From the human T2T-CHM13v2.0 reference genome, Homo sapiens, in NCBI RefSeq assembly GCF_009914755.1, contig NC_060936.1: a DNA stretch of 64,000 bases. One strand, 5' to 3'. The position numbers were made by a program, and so were the translations under genes. Position 1 is the stretch's first letter. Every line of letters starts with the position of its first letter. Below the pieces are notes generated by a model that worked only from the letters and a program-made list of their open reading frames with translations, searched no databases and had not been told where the DNA came from. Positions 1 to 14,470 of the stretch are shown in pieces.

Positions 1-190
1 TCCCACCACTCCATCATTATGTTCTATAATAGCACACTGTTGTCTGCCTTCTTAAGAATGATTGTTTGTATTTTTACTCATGTATTGTTTGTTTGCAGTC
101 AGCCTCTACCAGGTCAGGGACATTGCTTGTCTCATTCATCCTCGTATTGATGCCTTGCATATGATACGTACTCAGGAACTATTGCTATGG
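1..190 (+). mobile_element. L2 LINE 3' end fragment (old, degraded)
   Basis: 'cagggacattgcttgtctcattcatc...tacgtactcagg' resembles the L2 3' terminal consensus. Confidence 0.45.
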
Positions 191-1451
191 CACAAAGAAG
201 AAAAGCCTATGTGGGTACATAAAATACCATTAATTCAGCAAATGTCTTATGAGGACTTAACAAATTGGGTTGTGATTTTTTTAATAAAAGGTAAACAAAA
301 AAGATAAGCTAAACACTGAGCTTGCTCCAAAGCAGCTCTCACATAGTATACCAAAAAAAAAATTTTTTTTTTAATGAAAATCTTAAAGCAGAGTCTGTTT
401 GGTTAGATTAAATGCTTATGGGTATGCTGTCTTTACATACCCATGTACCTTTATTTCTTCCTATGAGGGAAGGGCAGAACTTTCAAAGGGCAAAGCTATC
501 AAAGCAGCCTCCTGCATTTTCCATTGACTCTCCATATCCTTCTGACTCTTACAAGTGAGAAAAATGACAGGTTTAAATGTTTTATAATTTCCATTACAAA
601 TTACCTAGCTGTTTAATTATAAATTCATCCATGATATTTTATAGGCAGAAGTGATGGCATACTTAGGATTTAGAATTTTGGATACAGACAGTATGTGCTA
701 CTTGGACTCTCAATCTATATATGGCTTGTATAAAAAATTAAAGGCTAAAGTTATTTAACATTTAGTATTTGATTTCCCCCCTCAAAAAAATGTAGGGTAA
801 AAGGATTGTCAAATTCTGTTTAAGTTTTGTAATAATTATGCATGCCTCCAGCTACCATGTTAGCACAGAGTCTGGTATCTAATTCTTGAGTGGCATTGAA
901 GAATGCCTGACGGATGATACAACTGAAAGTAGGGAGGGGCAGCCTCAGTCCTGCTACACATCCAAGACAAGATAAACCCCGTTCTCACATGTCTATGCCA
1001 TTGTTTTTTGCTGGCAGATGGTGCTGGCAGGTGTTTCTGCATTGCCTGACTGGTGATGCCTGTCTATTGCTGGTCCAGGATGGTCTCAGAGAGAAGATGA
1101 TCCTGCTTCCTAGGGCTAAGCTGGATGGTACTTCAGCAACTGTAGCTGCAGTGCTCAGCGCTCATCCTCTTCAGGTCACATAACCACCTCCAAGGTATCA
1201 GCTGGCACCAGAGATCCTGCATTAGACCTGTTTCCAGGGTCTTCACTCCTAAACGTCAGCAACCATTTTTCTTTTCTACTCTCAAACACAGCGTGTTTGA
1301 TTCTATCTCTTTTACCTGGGTAGCAGCCTTCTAGGAAAATTTCCTAGGACCCTGGACAGAGTTGGTTTCAATAACTCCAAGATAAATTCCCAGAAAATTT
1401 CTTGTTAAGAAAGGAAAAAGACAAAAAATGAAAACACATTATTCTCTGATA

Positions 1452-1730
1452 GGACGGGGGAAGGGTATCGATGGTTTAGGGATGAAACTGTTCTACCTCA
1501 GATTATCAGACATTAGATTCTCATAAGGAGCTCAGAACGTAGATCCCTTGCATGTATAGTTCACAGTAGGGTTCGTACTCACTCCTACGAGAACCTAACA
1601 CCTTGGCTGATCCTACAGGAGGTGATCGGGCAGTAATGCTCCTCGCCTGTCACTCAGCTCCTGCTGTGTGGCCCAGTTCCTAACAGGCCACAAGCCAGTA
1701 CTGGTCCAGCCTGGGGGTTGGGCACCCTTG
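1452..1730 (-). mobile_element. MER1B-type hAT-Charlie MITE (partial)
   Basis: 'cattagattctcataaggag', 'ttcctaacaggccac' and terminal 'gggggttgggcacccttg' match the reverse complement of the MER1 consensus. Confidence 0.8.
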
Positions 1731-1810
1731 ATATAAAGTATATGATGTCAATAGGCTTTTCTGTCTCTTTACCTCTGAAATATTTAAATGTCTATTCTTA
1801 AAAATTTGCT

Positions 1811-2120
<310 letters not shown>

Positions 2121-2602
2121 TTATAATTTACACTGATTAATTGCTCCTGGTACTCTATTCTGTATCTTCTTATCATTGACCAATATTAAGATTTTTCCCT
2201 GGAAGAGAAACTTTATTTTTGATGCTTGGGAAAGCACTTTCCCAGATAAGAAAATGAATATTATAATCAGCTTTTTATATGCTTCTTTTACATGGTAAGA
2301 TTCTTTCCAAAATTCAGAAAGACTAGGGTTTCATTAGCACACACTGTTGTTTTATTTTCACTCAAAGATAATGGGCTTTTCATATACTTGTTTACAAACA
2401 TAATTAAAAATGGGCTTTTGTAGAGAGGAATTCAATTCTAATAGAATGTTGATTAACTGAAGTGTTATTTGTTTTTTTCTTAAAGTCTTAGAGAGCATCT
2501 ACTAGAAGTTTAGGATTTTTGCCTAAGAGAAAGTAAATCTAGAGCAACTAACTATTGCAAAATAGGAACAGGAGCTTGGCAAAGATTTGAAAGATCTTTT
2601 CG

Positions 2603-2795
2603 TGCTGACTGATACAGTATCCACTCGTCACGTGTGGCTATTTAGATTTAAATTAATCAAAATTAAATTAAAAATTCAGTTCTTCAGTTGCACTAGCTGT
2701 TTCAAGTGTTCAATCATCATATGTGACTAGTGGCTGTTATGTTGGACAGCACACATATAGAACATTTTCATCCGTGCGGAAAGTTCAATAGGCTG
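2603..2795 (-). mobile_element. MER3-type hAT MITE
   Basis: 'atgtgactagtggctgttatgttggacagcac...tagaacattttcatc' and AT-rich core match the MER3 reverse complement. Confidence 0.78.
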
Positions 2796-3739
2796 CTGAA
2801 ATGTTCTGGTGAGAATACAATGTAGAATGGGAAGTTAGGAGAATGAGAATCAGAGTTTGATCAATGAAAGCCAGAGGAACAAGAACAGTTATGGAGTGTT
2901 TGAAAGGATTTTAGAGGTGAGTTAGACCCATTACTAAATTAGTAAATGAATTATTTATATTGCTTATTTTTCCTTATGTGAAAGTAACCAGAAGCTCCCA
3001 AACTTAAGAAGTATATACACAAGCAATGAATGAGATAATCAGTTTTGCATCATCTATGTAAAAAATTGTATTATCATAAATTATTATCTATAATAAATTA
3101 TTTGATAATAAATTTTCACTGTTGAACTAATGTGCAGACTTTCCAAAAATGCTTTCCATGATCTCATGGGGGATGAAATGCTGTTTCAACTTTTCAAATA
3201 CAATAAGATCAGCCAATAAATTAGTATCAGGACAAAAGTATTGAGGTAAAAAGAAACCATAAAATACTTACAAAAATACATGCATAATATTTTCCATCAT
3301 TTTAGCAAATGATTTAAAATTGTGATTATATCCATTTATATGATAGTGCAATTCATCTGTCACATATACTTATTGTTTTCTTGCCAAATGATAAGATCCA
3401 CAGAGCCATATGTTTCGTAAGCTCTTTTTGGAGAGAAATTTTGCTAAAGCTAGAACAAGTAAAATGTTAATCAGCAAAGGAATCATTAGTTACGTTTATA
3501 TTCCAAGCAGTGTTCTTCAAAAATATATATTATAGAAGTTCATTTTCATTGAGTTAGACAACTTTAGTTACAAAATGTAAAATTAAAGGAGTCACAGAAA
3601 AGCTTGGTGAAACTATTACATTCATTAAGAATGAAAGATTAGCATGCAGTTTAATGATACAAATAAGATGCATGAATAGTTAATTTGCCAGGAATGTTAA
3701 GATTTGGTAGACTGAAGTAGAAGCATTCCATGTAATAGT

Positions 3740-3897
3740 TACAGAATTTTAAAGCCAATGAAAACCTTAGAGATTACATAGATCACTCTGAAAATGAGGA
3801 ATCTGGGGCCCAGAGTGGCTATGTAACTTTCCCGAGGTTAACTGCTGGATAATGTTAGAGTTGTGATCAAAGACACATATATAATAGTTTCCAGTCC
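3740..3897 (-). mobile_element. MIR fragment
   Basis: core 'aatgaggaatctggggcccagagtggctatgtaactttcccgaggtta'. Confidence 0.55.
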
Positions 3898-4057
3898 ATC
3901 AAGTAGGTTCTATTATTTTTAAATCAGGCTAATATAATGTTTAACATCTTACAATTTCCATATGTATTTTAAACATTTATTTGTGCACATCCATCATTCC
4001 CAAATTTAACATACTTAGAAAAGATAGCCATAATGTCATGGGTCAGTAAAAATATCT

Positions 4058-4348
4058 ATTTTGTTGAGATGAGGTCTCATTCTGTCACCTAGGCTGAAGT
4101 GCAGTGGTGTGATCACAGCACACTGCAGCCTTGACTTCATGGGCTCAAGTAATCTGCCTCAGTCTCCTGAGTAGCTGGGACTACAGGTGCACACCACCAT
4201 ATCCAGCTGATTTTTTTATTTTTTTTTTGGTAGAGAAAGGGTCCCACTACGTTGCCCAGGCTGGTCTTGAACTCCTGAGCTCAAGTGATCATCCTGCCTT
4301 GGCCTCCTAAAGTGCTGGGATTACAGGTGTGAGCAACCACACCCAACC
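4058..4348 (-). mobile_element. AluJ
   Basis: antisense dimeric Alu with J-type 'cactgcagccttgac' and 'ctcctgagctcaagtgatc'. Confidence 0.92.
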
Positions 4349-5196
4349 AATAAGTATTTACTGTTATATTTGACCAGTAATAGGTTAGGAATAACCCCGT
4401 GGGGCACTTAAATTGAGCTTCTTTTGCCTTCTTGGTGCTTTCTCATACTGGTGTTCACACCACACCTGATGTTGCATTTTTCATGGATACCTTTTGTTTC
4501 TAATCACAAGGTTTCAGGCACCTTAAGTCCCAGGCCCTAAGCATCCCTGCGTCCCCAGTACCTAGCCTAGGGCCTAGTGCAGACTATCTACTGTGTGTGT
4601 TGAATGAATGAGTGATTATAATCTCCTTATAATAGGGACCTTAATTTGGCAAGTACTTATAAAGAAAGTAATTCACATGAAAAGTACAGGTATGAATTGT
4701 GAAAATACATTTTTAAGGAAAAAATTATAATTTTGACAAAATATTTTTATTTGAGAGGAACAAAATTCTACAACTTTGATTCTGTTTGTAAAATGTGAAA
4801 TCCCTTTTGGTCTAGAGTTTTAGTGGGCTCTCTGCATACTGAGCACTAGGGAATGAAGGCAGTGGTCTGAATGTTAGGACTGGACACAGCAGAGCTATAC
4901 CTGGGAATGAGTACTAAGAGTCCTGTACCCTGGACTGAGCTTTTAAAGTGTTATAGAAGCTTCAATCTCCATCAAAGCCAAAGCAACGTGGACTCACAGA
5001 GGATACAGATAAAGGATCTAGGTACTAAGACAAAAATTACTCCAGGAAGGAAACATTTTATAATTTTTCTCCTGTAGGAAGACCTTGGCAGCATGAAATA
5101 ATAGGAAAAACACTTTGGGAAGAGGAAGACAATAGTTCAGATCCTGGCTCTGTGGATTTTGTTCAGTGAGTTAATCACATTGAACCTCAACTTCAG

Positions 5197-5321
5197 ACCT
5201 CCTGTCTTCTTCTGAGCCCTCCAAACTGTTCTATCCTCTGTCTGTTACCCAGTTCCAAAGTCACTTCCACATTTTCAAGTATCTTTATAGTAGCAGCCCC
5301 CTCTCTGTGGTACCAATTTAC
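5197..5321 (-). mobile_element. THE1 internal region, 5' stub only
   Basis: 'tcttcttctgagccctccaaactgttc...ttacccagttccaaagtcacttccacattttc...ggtaccaatttac' is the antisense start of THE1-int, abutting the LTR. Confidence 0.85.
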
Positions 5322-5702
5322 TGTATTAGCCGCCTGTTCTCCCTCTGCTATAAGGACATACCTAAAACTGGATAATTTATGAAGGAAAGAGGTTTAATTT
5401 GACCTACAATTCAACAGGGCTGGGGAGGCCTCAGGAAACTTATGATCGTGGCAGAAGGGGAAGCAAACACATCCTTCTTCACATGGGGGCAGGAAGGAGA
5501 AGAATGAGAATGAGTGAAGGGGGAATTCCCTTATAAAACCATCAGATCTCATGAGAATTTACTCACTATTGTCAGAATACCATGGGGTAAACCACCCCCA
5601 TGATTCAATCACCCTCCACCAGTTCCCTCCCACCACATGTGGGGATTATGGGAGCTACAGTTCAAGATGAGATCTGTGTGGGGACACAGCCAAACCATAT
5701 CA
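5322..5702 (-). mobile_element. THE1D-like MaLR LTR (5' LTR of a truncated element)
   Basis: tgtattag...aaaccatatca ends; 'ggggaagcaaacacatccttcttcacatgg' and 'aaaccatcagatctcatgaga'. Confidence 0.92.
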
Positions 5703-5749
5703 GACATCTTAAATTGACTCTGAATTTGATTGTCCACCAAGTATATTTT

Positions 5750-5971
5750 CCAGAGTAGAGGTGAAGAGAACAGGCTTTGGCGTTAGCCTGGATTTGGACA
5801 CCATTTCTGCTCTTCCCTAGCTGTATCAACTTGATCAATTTGCTTAATCACATTTCTCTGTAAAATTGAGACAGTAACAGTCTTTTCCCATAGGGTTTTT
5901 TGAGAACATTAAGAGAGATAACTTATGTAAGCTTGGAACAGAGTAAGCCTCCATTAAAGATTAGTTTTATT
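5750..5971 (+). mobile_element. MIR
   Basis: 'ctagctgtatcaacttgatcaatttgcttaatc...tctgtaaaattgagacagtaacagt...catagggttttttgaga'. Confidence 0.62.
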
Positions 5972-6306
5972 GGCTACTGTAACTCCTGCATGGTACAACT
6001 AAAACATAACCTTAAACCTCTAAAAGGAAGAAAAAGTTGTCTATGTATAGATTAGAGTCATCTTTCCATATCATAAATGGCAAAGGAACCCCAGTAGAGG
6101 CTGTGCACTTAAATTTGCACTCAGCACTTTTGGTCAGGATTTAGGATGACAGAACTTGGATGGGTGGAGGACAGAGCTATGGATGATTCATCAATGATGG
6201 ACTAAGCTCCTGGCCTGCCTTTGGCTTCAACAAAAGTCCGATAAAGTGAGATGGCTTAACAGCAAATTCTCCAGCAGAAGGAATGAAGTTAAGATCCCCA
6301 CACCAA

Positions 6307-6593
6307 AGTTGGAGGCCATTACCCTTAGCAAACTAACACAGGAACATAAAACCAAATACCACATGTTCTCACTTGTAAGTGGAGCTAAATGATAAGAACC
6401 CTTGAACACACAGAGGGGAACAACACACACTGGGGTTATCAGAGGGTGGAGGGTAGGAGGAGGGAGGGGATGGGGAAAAATAACTAACGGGTACTAGGCT
6501 TAATACCTGAGTGATGAAGTAATCCGTACAACAAATCCCCATGACATAAGTTTACCTGTGTAACAAACCTGCACTTGTACCTCTAAACTTAAA
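6307..6593 (+). mobile_element. L1PA (older, ~PA13-15) 3' end, 5'-truncated
   Basis: 'ttagcaaactaacacaggaac...atgttctcacttgtaagtggagcta', G-rich tract, 'aacaaacctgcac'; degraded TSD aagatccccacacc/aagacccgcacgc. Confidence 0.9.
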
Positions 6594-6714
6594 GACCCGC
6601 ACGCTTGTGGTGGTTATTATTCACACAAATATGCTCATTCATGGAGATTATAATCAAGAGTTTATACATAAAAGCTTAAAAATAATTTGTGTATAGACAC
6701 AGGTTTTTATAGTT

Positions 6715-6930
6715 ATTAAGAAAGCAGGTTGTAGCGTCCTACAGATCTGGGTATGAGTGCAAAGATTACTCCTTTTTCTTGTGGTTGTAGTTCTTTTAGC
6801 TTCAGTTTATTCATTTGAAAGATGGGAATAATAATACTTGACATCATTAGGTGGTTGTGATAACAAAGGTGATAAACCATGTGAAGACTCTTGTATAGTA
6901 CCTGCTGTGTAAGAATGGCTCAGGAAATAG
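6715..6930 (+). mobile_element. MIR
   Basis: 'cttcagtttattcatttgaaagatgggaataataatac...ggttgtga'. Confidence 0.55.
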
Positions 6931-9163
6931 AGAAGGAGGAAATACAGTTTTCAGACAGACAACTCGTCTTCTCACCAAATTAGTTTCCCTGAATGCTGCT
7001 AATAGTCATTCAACTGGAAAATGTTGGGAGAAAATAAAATATATGAGATAAAAACTGCTTCCTTTTGTGTATTTTGCATAAGCTTACTGCTCATTAAAAT
7101 TTGTCTTCTTAATAAATTCCCTCAATGAATCATTTTCCATTTGAAACCTTATTTCTAAAAAAAGGTAGTGATTTGTTGGAAAAATCTGTTACTTCTATCT
7201 GTCTCAAATATGTTAACATATTCATCTGTTTTATTTACTTCTATGATTGATAGGATGAATCTTCACTGCTGTAGTTCCTTTTCAGGTTTTTAGGATTATT
7301 CCCTATGGGGAAATTTATAGTATGAGAAATATTTGTGATGTTCGTTATTTAATTGTTTTACACAAACTCCAAAGTTGGAGACATTTCTAGAAAGTGTATA
7401 AAATATACAGTTCATAGTGTTATCTCTACACAGAAGGAAGAAGCTTGTAGTTGGAGAATAACTGATTTCTTGAGTCTATAGAACCAACCAATACAGATAA
7501 ATTGAGGAACCTGGAAACATTATCCATAACAATTTGATCAGCCATATTCAAGTGTGTCAATTGATTTCAAAACCATTTAAACATATAACATGTTATTCTA
7601 GATGTGCATGTTTAAAAATGTGTGTATCCAAGAGGCAATCCCATATAAATATAAAGATGTATGCCCATGTATTTATATTAAGATTGAATTTATGTATGTG
7701 TATGTTTGTATACTTATATATGTATGTGTATCTATCTATATCCTAATGTATACATATATGTTTAAGTCCATATGTCATATTAACTTTACTACTGATTAAT
7801 TAGAAAGTCTACCTGATTTTTGGTAAAATTAAATGTTACAAATTTCTGAGATGATTTGTAAATTGTAAACTATATTTTTCATTCTGATGAAGCAAGGCAT
7901 GTTAAATAGAATTCAATGGTAGGTTGCTTCATTGTTGTTAGAAACTAGAAATTCTGGGCCACTTAATGGGCAGGCACCACAGGAGCTTCGTTCGCACAGT
8001 GTCTGACTCCAAAACCAGCTTTGGATTCTGCCTAGCTCATTCGGCTTCCCTCCCAGGTTTCCAGATCAGAGAATTGAAGGCCAGCTGCTGCCTGTCATTA
8101 GGAAGCTTAGTGAAAGTCAACATGGGGCTGGAGACTGGCTGGCTGGGGCTGAAAGTGCACTGTCTGCACTCTGGCTAAAGAGCCACCTAGAGAGGGCTTT
8201 GCTAAGGCTGCCTAGGACTAGGTACGTATGTTCCTAATCTAAAGCAGAGAAGAAATATCAGTTTCAGGATGTTATATATTTTTTGATACATGTCAAAGCT
8301 GGGGACATTTGGAACAAAGTTCAGAATAGGAGAATGGTCATTCTTTGGTTTCACCTAAGCCTTTTTATGGCTCAAGCGAGGGGCTCTTTTTGTGTCACTC
8401 TGAAGCGATAATCAAAGTAGCTCCCTGCCCTTTACTTTTCCTACAGACATCCAATCGTGCTCACACAATCCTTTTTATAATATTGTAAAGCCTCAAGGGG
8501 TGATTTATTTTTTAGCCTCCCTTAATGGAGATAATCATATTATGTCCTGCAGCTTAGCAGTTGTTACTAGTCATTTGGTGTGATATCTTGGTCAGTGCTC
8601 CTGCATGTGTTGTACTTTTTCACGTACGCTAAATTGCTAAATTCTCCTAAATTCCTCCAAATGTTTTGGCTGGATGATTTCTTCTGGCAGTCGATTACCC
8701 AGGTTGTCTGTATATTGGGCATTCTGAATTTGTCCTACATTTATCAGATCATTTCATACAGTGGCGTATTTTTGTTTAGCAAAGCCTATAGAATAAAAAG
8801 AAAAGGCTGACATTTAAATGGAAAGGCCAGAGGCTTTAGAAAATACCAGAGGAATTCTACAAATATCTTTTCTCAGTGGCCTAGACAATTGGGATCTAAT
8901 TCTTCTTGTGCAGCAGATGGAGGTGGTGAAAACTGAGCTTCTAAATGGCATGAGTCTCTAAGTTAAAGGGCTTGGTGCTGTGCCACGCAAACAACCCTGC
9001 TTTTTTCCAGCCTGTAACGAGCATACAAGCCAGCTTTCAGGGAAGAGTGGGCCTCTCAGAGAAGAGAAACCCAAATCAACCCATGGGTGTCTAAAAATGA
9101 TTATAGTTTAAAAAATAATGAATCTGCTTAAAAGAAATGCTACTGTTACACCAAGATTATTAA

Positions 9164-9700
<537 letters not shown>

Positions 9701-10849
9701 TCTCCCTTGTGATTTTTAGAGGAGGAGAGATTTATTTTAGATGAAAGGAAGAGAAATTAACTGTGTAGAGCTTATTAGTTTGTCAAACGTCTTAATGTTC
9801 ATTTCTCAATATTTTTCTCTAAAGTCACATGATTCTTCTACCTTTGCGATCCTAAACACGTGAAATTTACATATATACTGGCCCAGCTTCTGTCACATGG
9901 TGTTTACTACTAACTTTTGAACTTAATTTTACTTAATATATATTCGTTCTCATTTTCGCAGGTCTACTTAATGCCAATGACTAAAAAATTTATAAAATGA
10001 AAATCTAAGTCCTCATGCTTCTTGTAACAACAACAAAAAACCCTAATAAATTTCACATCTTTTAGCAGAGGAATTATGGATATTATCTCACATATTTACA
10101 ATTGTAGGCACTTTATTTAATTATTCCTATTACCCATGGGGGATGTTGAGGTGGGGAGGAAGTATCTGGTCTTCTGTATTGAAAGTATTATCACAGAGAA
10201 AAGAAGATTCACTCAAATTTTCATAGTTATCTATCTGTGCTAGAAAAAAAAAAAGATCAGTTTAGCCCTCCTTCCAGGGCTTAAGTAAATGTGCCCAATT
10301 ATTTCAACCAGTTTCCACTGACCTGTCAAAAATCCTTGTGTATAATAATGGTCTGCCAGCAGCAAGAGTGGACAGAAATACTGTACACTAATTGATTTTG
10401 TTGAACATCTGGCAGAACAGCCTGGATATTTACTTGGAAGGAATGTTCCCCAACTGGACTAAGTTTGCTATTGGGTTTTAGGGCATTAACATGCCAGATT
10501 AGGGTTCTCTGGGCATAAAACACATAGATGACAACAGGCGAGTGAGTCATAAAAGAAAATGAAAAAGAGATGAGACACTTTTCACATATGCACCGAAGTT
10601 AGAAGACCGTTTTTTCCCCCCAGGATCTCCTTACTGGAGTTCAAAATGGAAACCAAGCAACATACAGTAGAATAATCATTTTACTTCATAGAATTTGTAA
10701 ATAGCCATTCTTTTTCTTAAATGGAGTTTTGTTTTAATAAATTTCAGTAGGTAAATCTCCATTATGAGAATAAAATAATTCATTACCAATAACTGTAATA
10801 CTTTTAAATTGCTTCTGTGGTAGAAGATCCTGTCGATTGGAATGCAGTA

Positions 10850-11600
10850 CTGAGAAAAGGGATAATGTTCTTACATTGTTGGTGCGCATATAAATTAGTG
10901 GCCATTATGGAAAAAAAGTATGGAGGTTTCTCAAAAAATTAAAAATAGAATTATCATATGATCTAGCAATCCCTCTTCTAGGTATATGCCTAAGGAAAAT
11001 GAAATCAGTACCTCAAAGAGATATCTGCACTCCCATGTTGATTACAGAATTATTCACAATAGCCAAGATATGGAAATAACCCAAGTGTTCATTGATGGGT
11101 TAACGGATAAAGACATTGTAGTATGTATATATTATGGAATATTGTTCAGCTTTAAAAAAAAAGAAAGAAGATTTGGGACAACCTGGATGAACATTATGCT
11201 AAGTGCAATAAGCCAAACAGAGAAAGACAAATACTGCATGATCTCACATATATGTGGAATCTTATAAAATACATAGAGGCAGACAGCAGAAAATTGATTA
11301 CCATGGTTGGGAAGGTGGGAGAAATGGGGAGATGTTGATAAGAGGGTAGAGAGTTGAAGTTATCTGGAATGAGTAAGCCTAGAGACCAAATGTAAGCATA
11401 ATGACTATAAATAATCGTATTGTATACTCAAGATTTGCCAAGAGAGTAGATTTCAGTTCTTCTCATCACACATATAAAAAATAACTGGGAGAAGATGGAT
11501 ATATTAATTAGCTTGACTGTAGTAATCATTTTACTATGTATATGAATATCAAAACATCATGTCATAAGCCCTAAATATATATAATTTTCATTACAAAAAA
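10850..11600 (+). mobile_element. L1M (MA9-MB2-like) ORF2 end plus 3' UTR
   Basis: 'atatgatctagcaatccctcttctaggtatatgcc', 'agagatatctgcactcccatg', 'cttgactgtagtaatcatttt'; A-rich end. Confidence 0.88.
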
Positions 11601-12014
11601 GAACATATCTTACCAATTTTTATCTTCTAGTCTAGTTACTTAAATATAGTAGATTTTAAATGACTATTGAGCAAATACCTTCATAATTTATACTTATTTT
11701 GCCACAGTTTATAGTGTCATGCAAAAATTTATAAAGAAATAAACCAGAATATAAAAATATGAAGTATATTTGCTTTGCCATGTGTATGTTTAACTTGAAT
11801 ATTTATGTTCACATTGTTCTAATTAAATCTATGACTGATGCATTTGCCTAGACATAAATATTATGAAAGAAGAATTTTAAATTGTGTTAAGTAGGAAGAC
11901 AATTACCTTAAATTAAGAACATTGTGGATTGACTGGACTTATACTTGTCATTCAATTATCTGGTCCATTCTAGCAATCTGTGAGCAATGTGTCATTTTAG
12001 TCAGATAACTAGTA

Positions 12015-12225
12015 GTGACAATGAGGCTGGGCTCTGGGACCAAGCAAATCTGGGTCCATATCACAGCTCTGGTACTTTCCTCGCTGTTTGACCTTGCATA
12101 AGAGGCTTGATCTCTCTGAGTCTCTTGTATTCAATGAGGATAACAATTACACCAGTTGCTGAGGAGATAAATGAGGCAATGTGTTACATTTTTTGTAAGA
12201 ACTGAAAAATGGTAGTTTTTGATTA
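12015..12225 (+). mobile_element. MIR
   Basis: 'ggctctgggaccaagcaaatctgggtcc...tgaccttgcataag...ctctctgagtctc'. Confidence 0.58.
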
Positions 12226-13440
12226 TTTGAGATCACATTAACTGCTTTTATTTTTTTACAGACACTTGTTTAATCAAAGTGTAGCCTTTTATCAAATGCA
12301 TCTTAATATTTATTTCTAGATATATTAGAACATAAATATTTTGCTCATTAACAGTGACACAAATACTTAAGGTATATAAAACATGGCTCACATTTCTAAA
12401 ATATCGAGTAAAATTGCATAAAATTTTATTCTCAGATTTATTTTTGATAATCACATGTTGAAATAGTTTTATACAGGGTATATCAGAATATTTTAGCATA
12501 TATTTTTATTTTAAAATAAAGGTTAGCACAAATCCATTAATGAAATAATAATGACACTTTCTCAGCTTGCAAGGCACTCAAAGAACAAGAGAGAAAAACA
12601 TTTTAATAGTTTTAATACAGAGTAATCAATTAAATGAAAGAAGTTTCTATAATGTACAGAGATAACATAGAGGAAGTAGTCATTAACTATCGAAGGAGTG
12701 GGCTTGGGTGACTTTTTGCGGGAAAAAAGTCATGGTTGTGTTTAAAGATGCAGAAACCTGAACTGGGTTGGCATTTTGGGGCATCCATGTGCAGTCTGGC
12801 TTTGTCAGAAAGTAAAGTAAATTGGTATGGTGGAGAGGGGTACAATAAAAGTTGTTGGTAATAGTGAAAACATGAAAAGTCTTATAGTCAAGGCTTGAGT
12901 ACTTCTATGTGCATCCATCGAGTCCATCCTTTGCCAAGCCAAGAGAATGGAATAATAATCACTTTCTTTAACTCAAAGAGCAGTATTCTGATAGAGATCC
13001 AAGTACATTATTACTCAAAATTGATGCACATTTGCTGGGTTTTAGGTATATAGTGATGTCTCACATGCAATGTTGAAGACCTCATTTGAGGTGGGAGTCC
13101 TGAACTAAAGTAACAGTCCCTTTCTTCAGCCTGTTTTCTCTTTGTTGCTATAAGCGTGGCACCACCAACAAGATACCGTATGTTGTTGCTCACTTGTCTG
13201 TATTCCAGTATCACATTGCAGTGGCCTCTAATCAGTATTACTCATATGATGTGAAATGACTTGCTTCTAGGCCTGTCTCTTCCAGTAAGCCATGGAGCCT
13301 TGATATCCTCAGTGCAGATGGCAGGTACTCAATAAATATTCAAACTCTTTATCTTCTAGGGCATAGACGAGGCTTAGTAATTTTCAGTGACGCTAAGAAA
13401 AATATCACTATTTTATCAATTGAATAAGATTTTTGCTAGC

Positions 13441-13598
13441 ATATTAAGTATGTAGGTGTTTATAATTCAAACGATCTTGAGTTATTGTATTTTCAAGGAG
13501 GAATTTTAATAGACTTTTATTCAAAATTCATTGACCAAATATTGGGTGTTGGGCATTTTCCTGGGTGCAGGAGATTTAACCATGAAAATGCATGCTTT
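13441..13598 (+). repeat. Local dispersed duplication, unit A copy 1 (copy 2 at 15181-15342)
   Basis: 'tataattcaaacgatcttga...tcaaggagg...agacttttattcaaaatt...aaatattgggtgttg...cctgggtgcagg...atgcttt' aligns end to end with 15181-15342. Confidence 0.9.
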
Positions 13599-14169
13599 CT
13601 GATATTAAATAGCTTCCAGTTTTTGCTCTCTAGTATATGCAAACAATTGAAATGGAATAAGAAAACAGAAGGATGTACAAAGTGCAATAAGATAAAGCAG
13701 CACCCAAGTCAACTTCAGATGATTTAAAAACTGACAGAGGAAGTAACATTTTACCTGTAGCAAGATACTACTTTTCAGGTAAGCATACAGTTTTATGGTG
13801 GAGACAGTCTTAAAAAGGAGAAAGCAAGCCTCCCTATATCTCTGACCAGGTGGAAGAAGTAAAACGGGGAATGGAAGAAACAAGACAGGTGCAGATGGAA
13901 TACATTTGTGGAAAAGGCTCTGAACACTGAAAAAAATACATCCCTAGTAATCACTCTATTTCAATTGTATAACAATGTATGCCACTATCCTAGGAATAGT
14001 TTAAAATTGTAAAAATAGATACCCATATACATTTACTGTAGCTAGAACATTGTTTTGAGAATGTTATCTTTGAATAAATTTATATGTACATTTTCAGCAA
14101 ATTTGTGATCTTAAGTGCTATTTTGTCACTGGAAATTCTCATTTCATGAGAAAGTATCCGTATTTAAAA

Positions 14170-14470
14170 TAAATATTAGTTTACAAGATCATTTGAAATG
14201 GCTGAATAATCTTTGTATGGATGTATCCCAATCTATTGACCATTTCATTATTGTTGAGAATTAAATTGTTTCTATTTTTATTTGGTCCAGTAATGTATCA
14301 TACCATTGACAATCTTAATAACTCAACAGTTGCTAAATCCTTCTATATATGCTTAATTTTTTAGGATACATTAGCGGAAGTGGAATTGTTAGATGACAGT
14401 ACATTCATACATTTGAAGCTTTTTGTAGTAGGGTCTGATTGTCCTTCAGAAATCCTGTAACAATTTTAGC
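14170..14470 (-). mobile_element. L1ME-like fragment
   Basis: 'aatggctgaataatctttgtatggatgtatccc', 'gaagtggaattgttagatga' are antisense old-L1 3' motifs. Confidence 0.55.

Noticed and set aside
353-444. A10T10 palindrome and a 9-bp hairpin atgggtatg/catacccat
   Set aside because: Short or low-complexity; expected by chance in 64 kb of AT-rich DNA.
6444-6475. G-quadruplex-like tract (also ~52903-52940)
   Set aside because: Standard G-rich segment of L1 3' UTRs.
8181-8200. CTCF-like motifs (also ~8908-8926)
   Set aside because: Imperfect core matches; cannot be supported without ChIP data.
10624-10750. Possible exon (ttttcccccag|...tag|gtaaat)
   Set aside because: AT-rich, the frame I read terminates early, donor is mediocre; indistinguishable from chance splice-like sites.
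13719-13778. Possible 60-nt exon ending CAG|gtaagc
   Set aside because: Good donor but almost no polypyrimidine tract, and no recognisable peptide.
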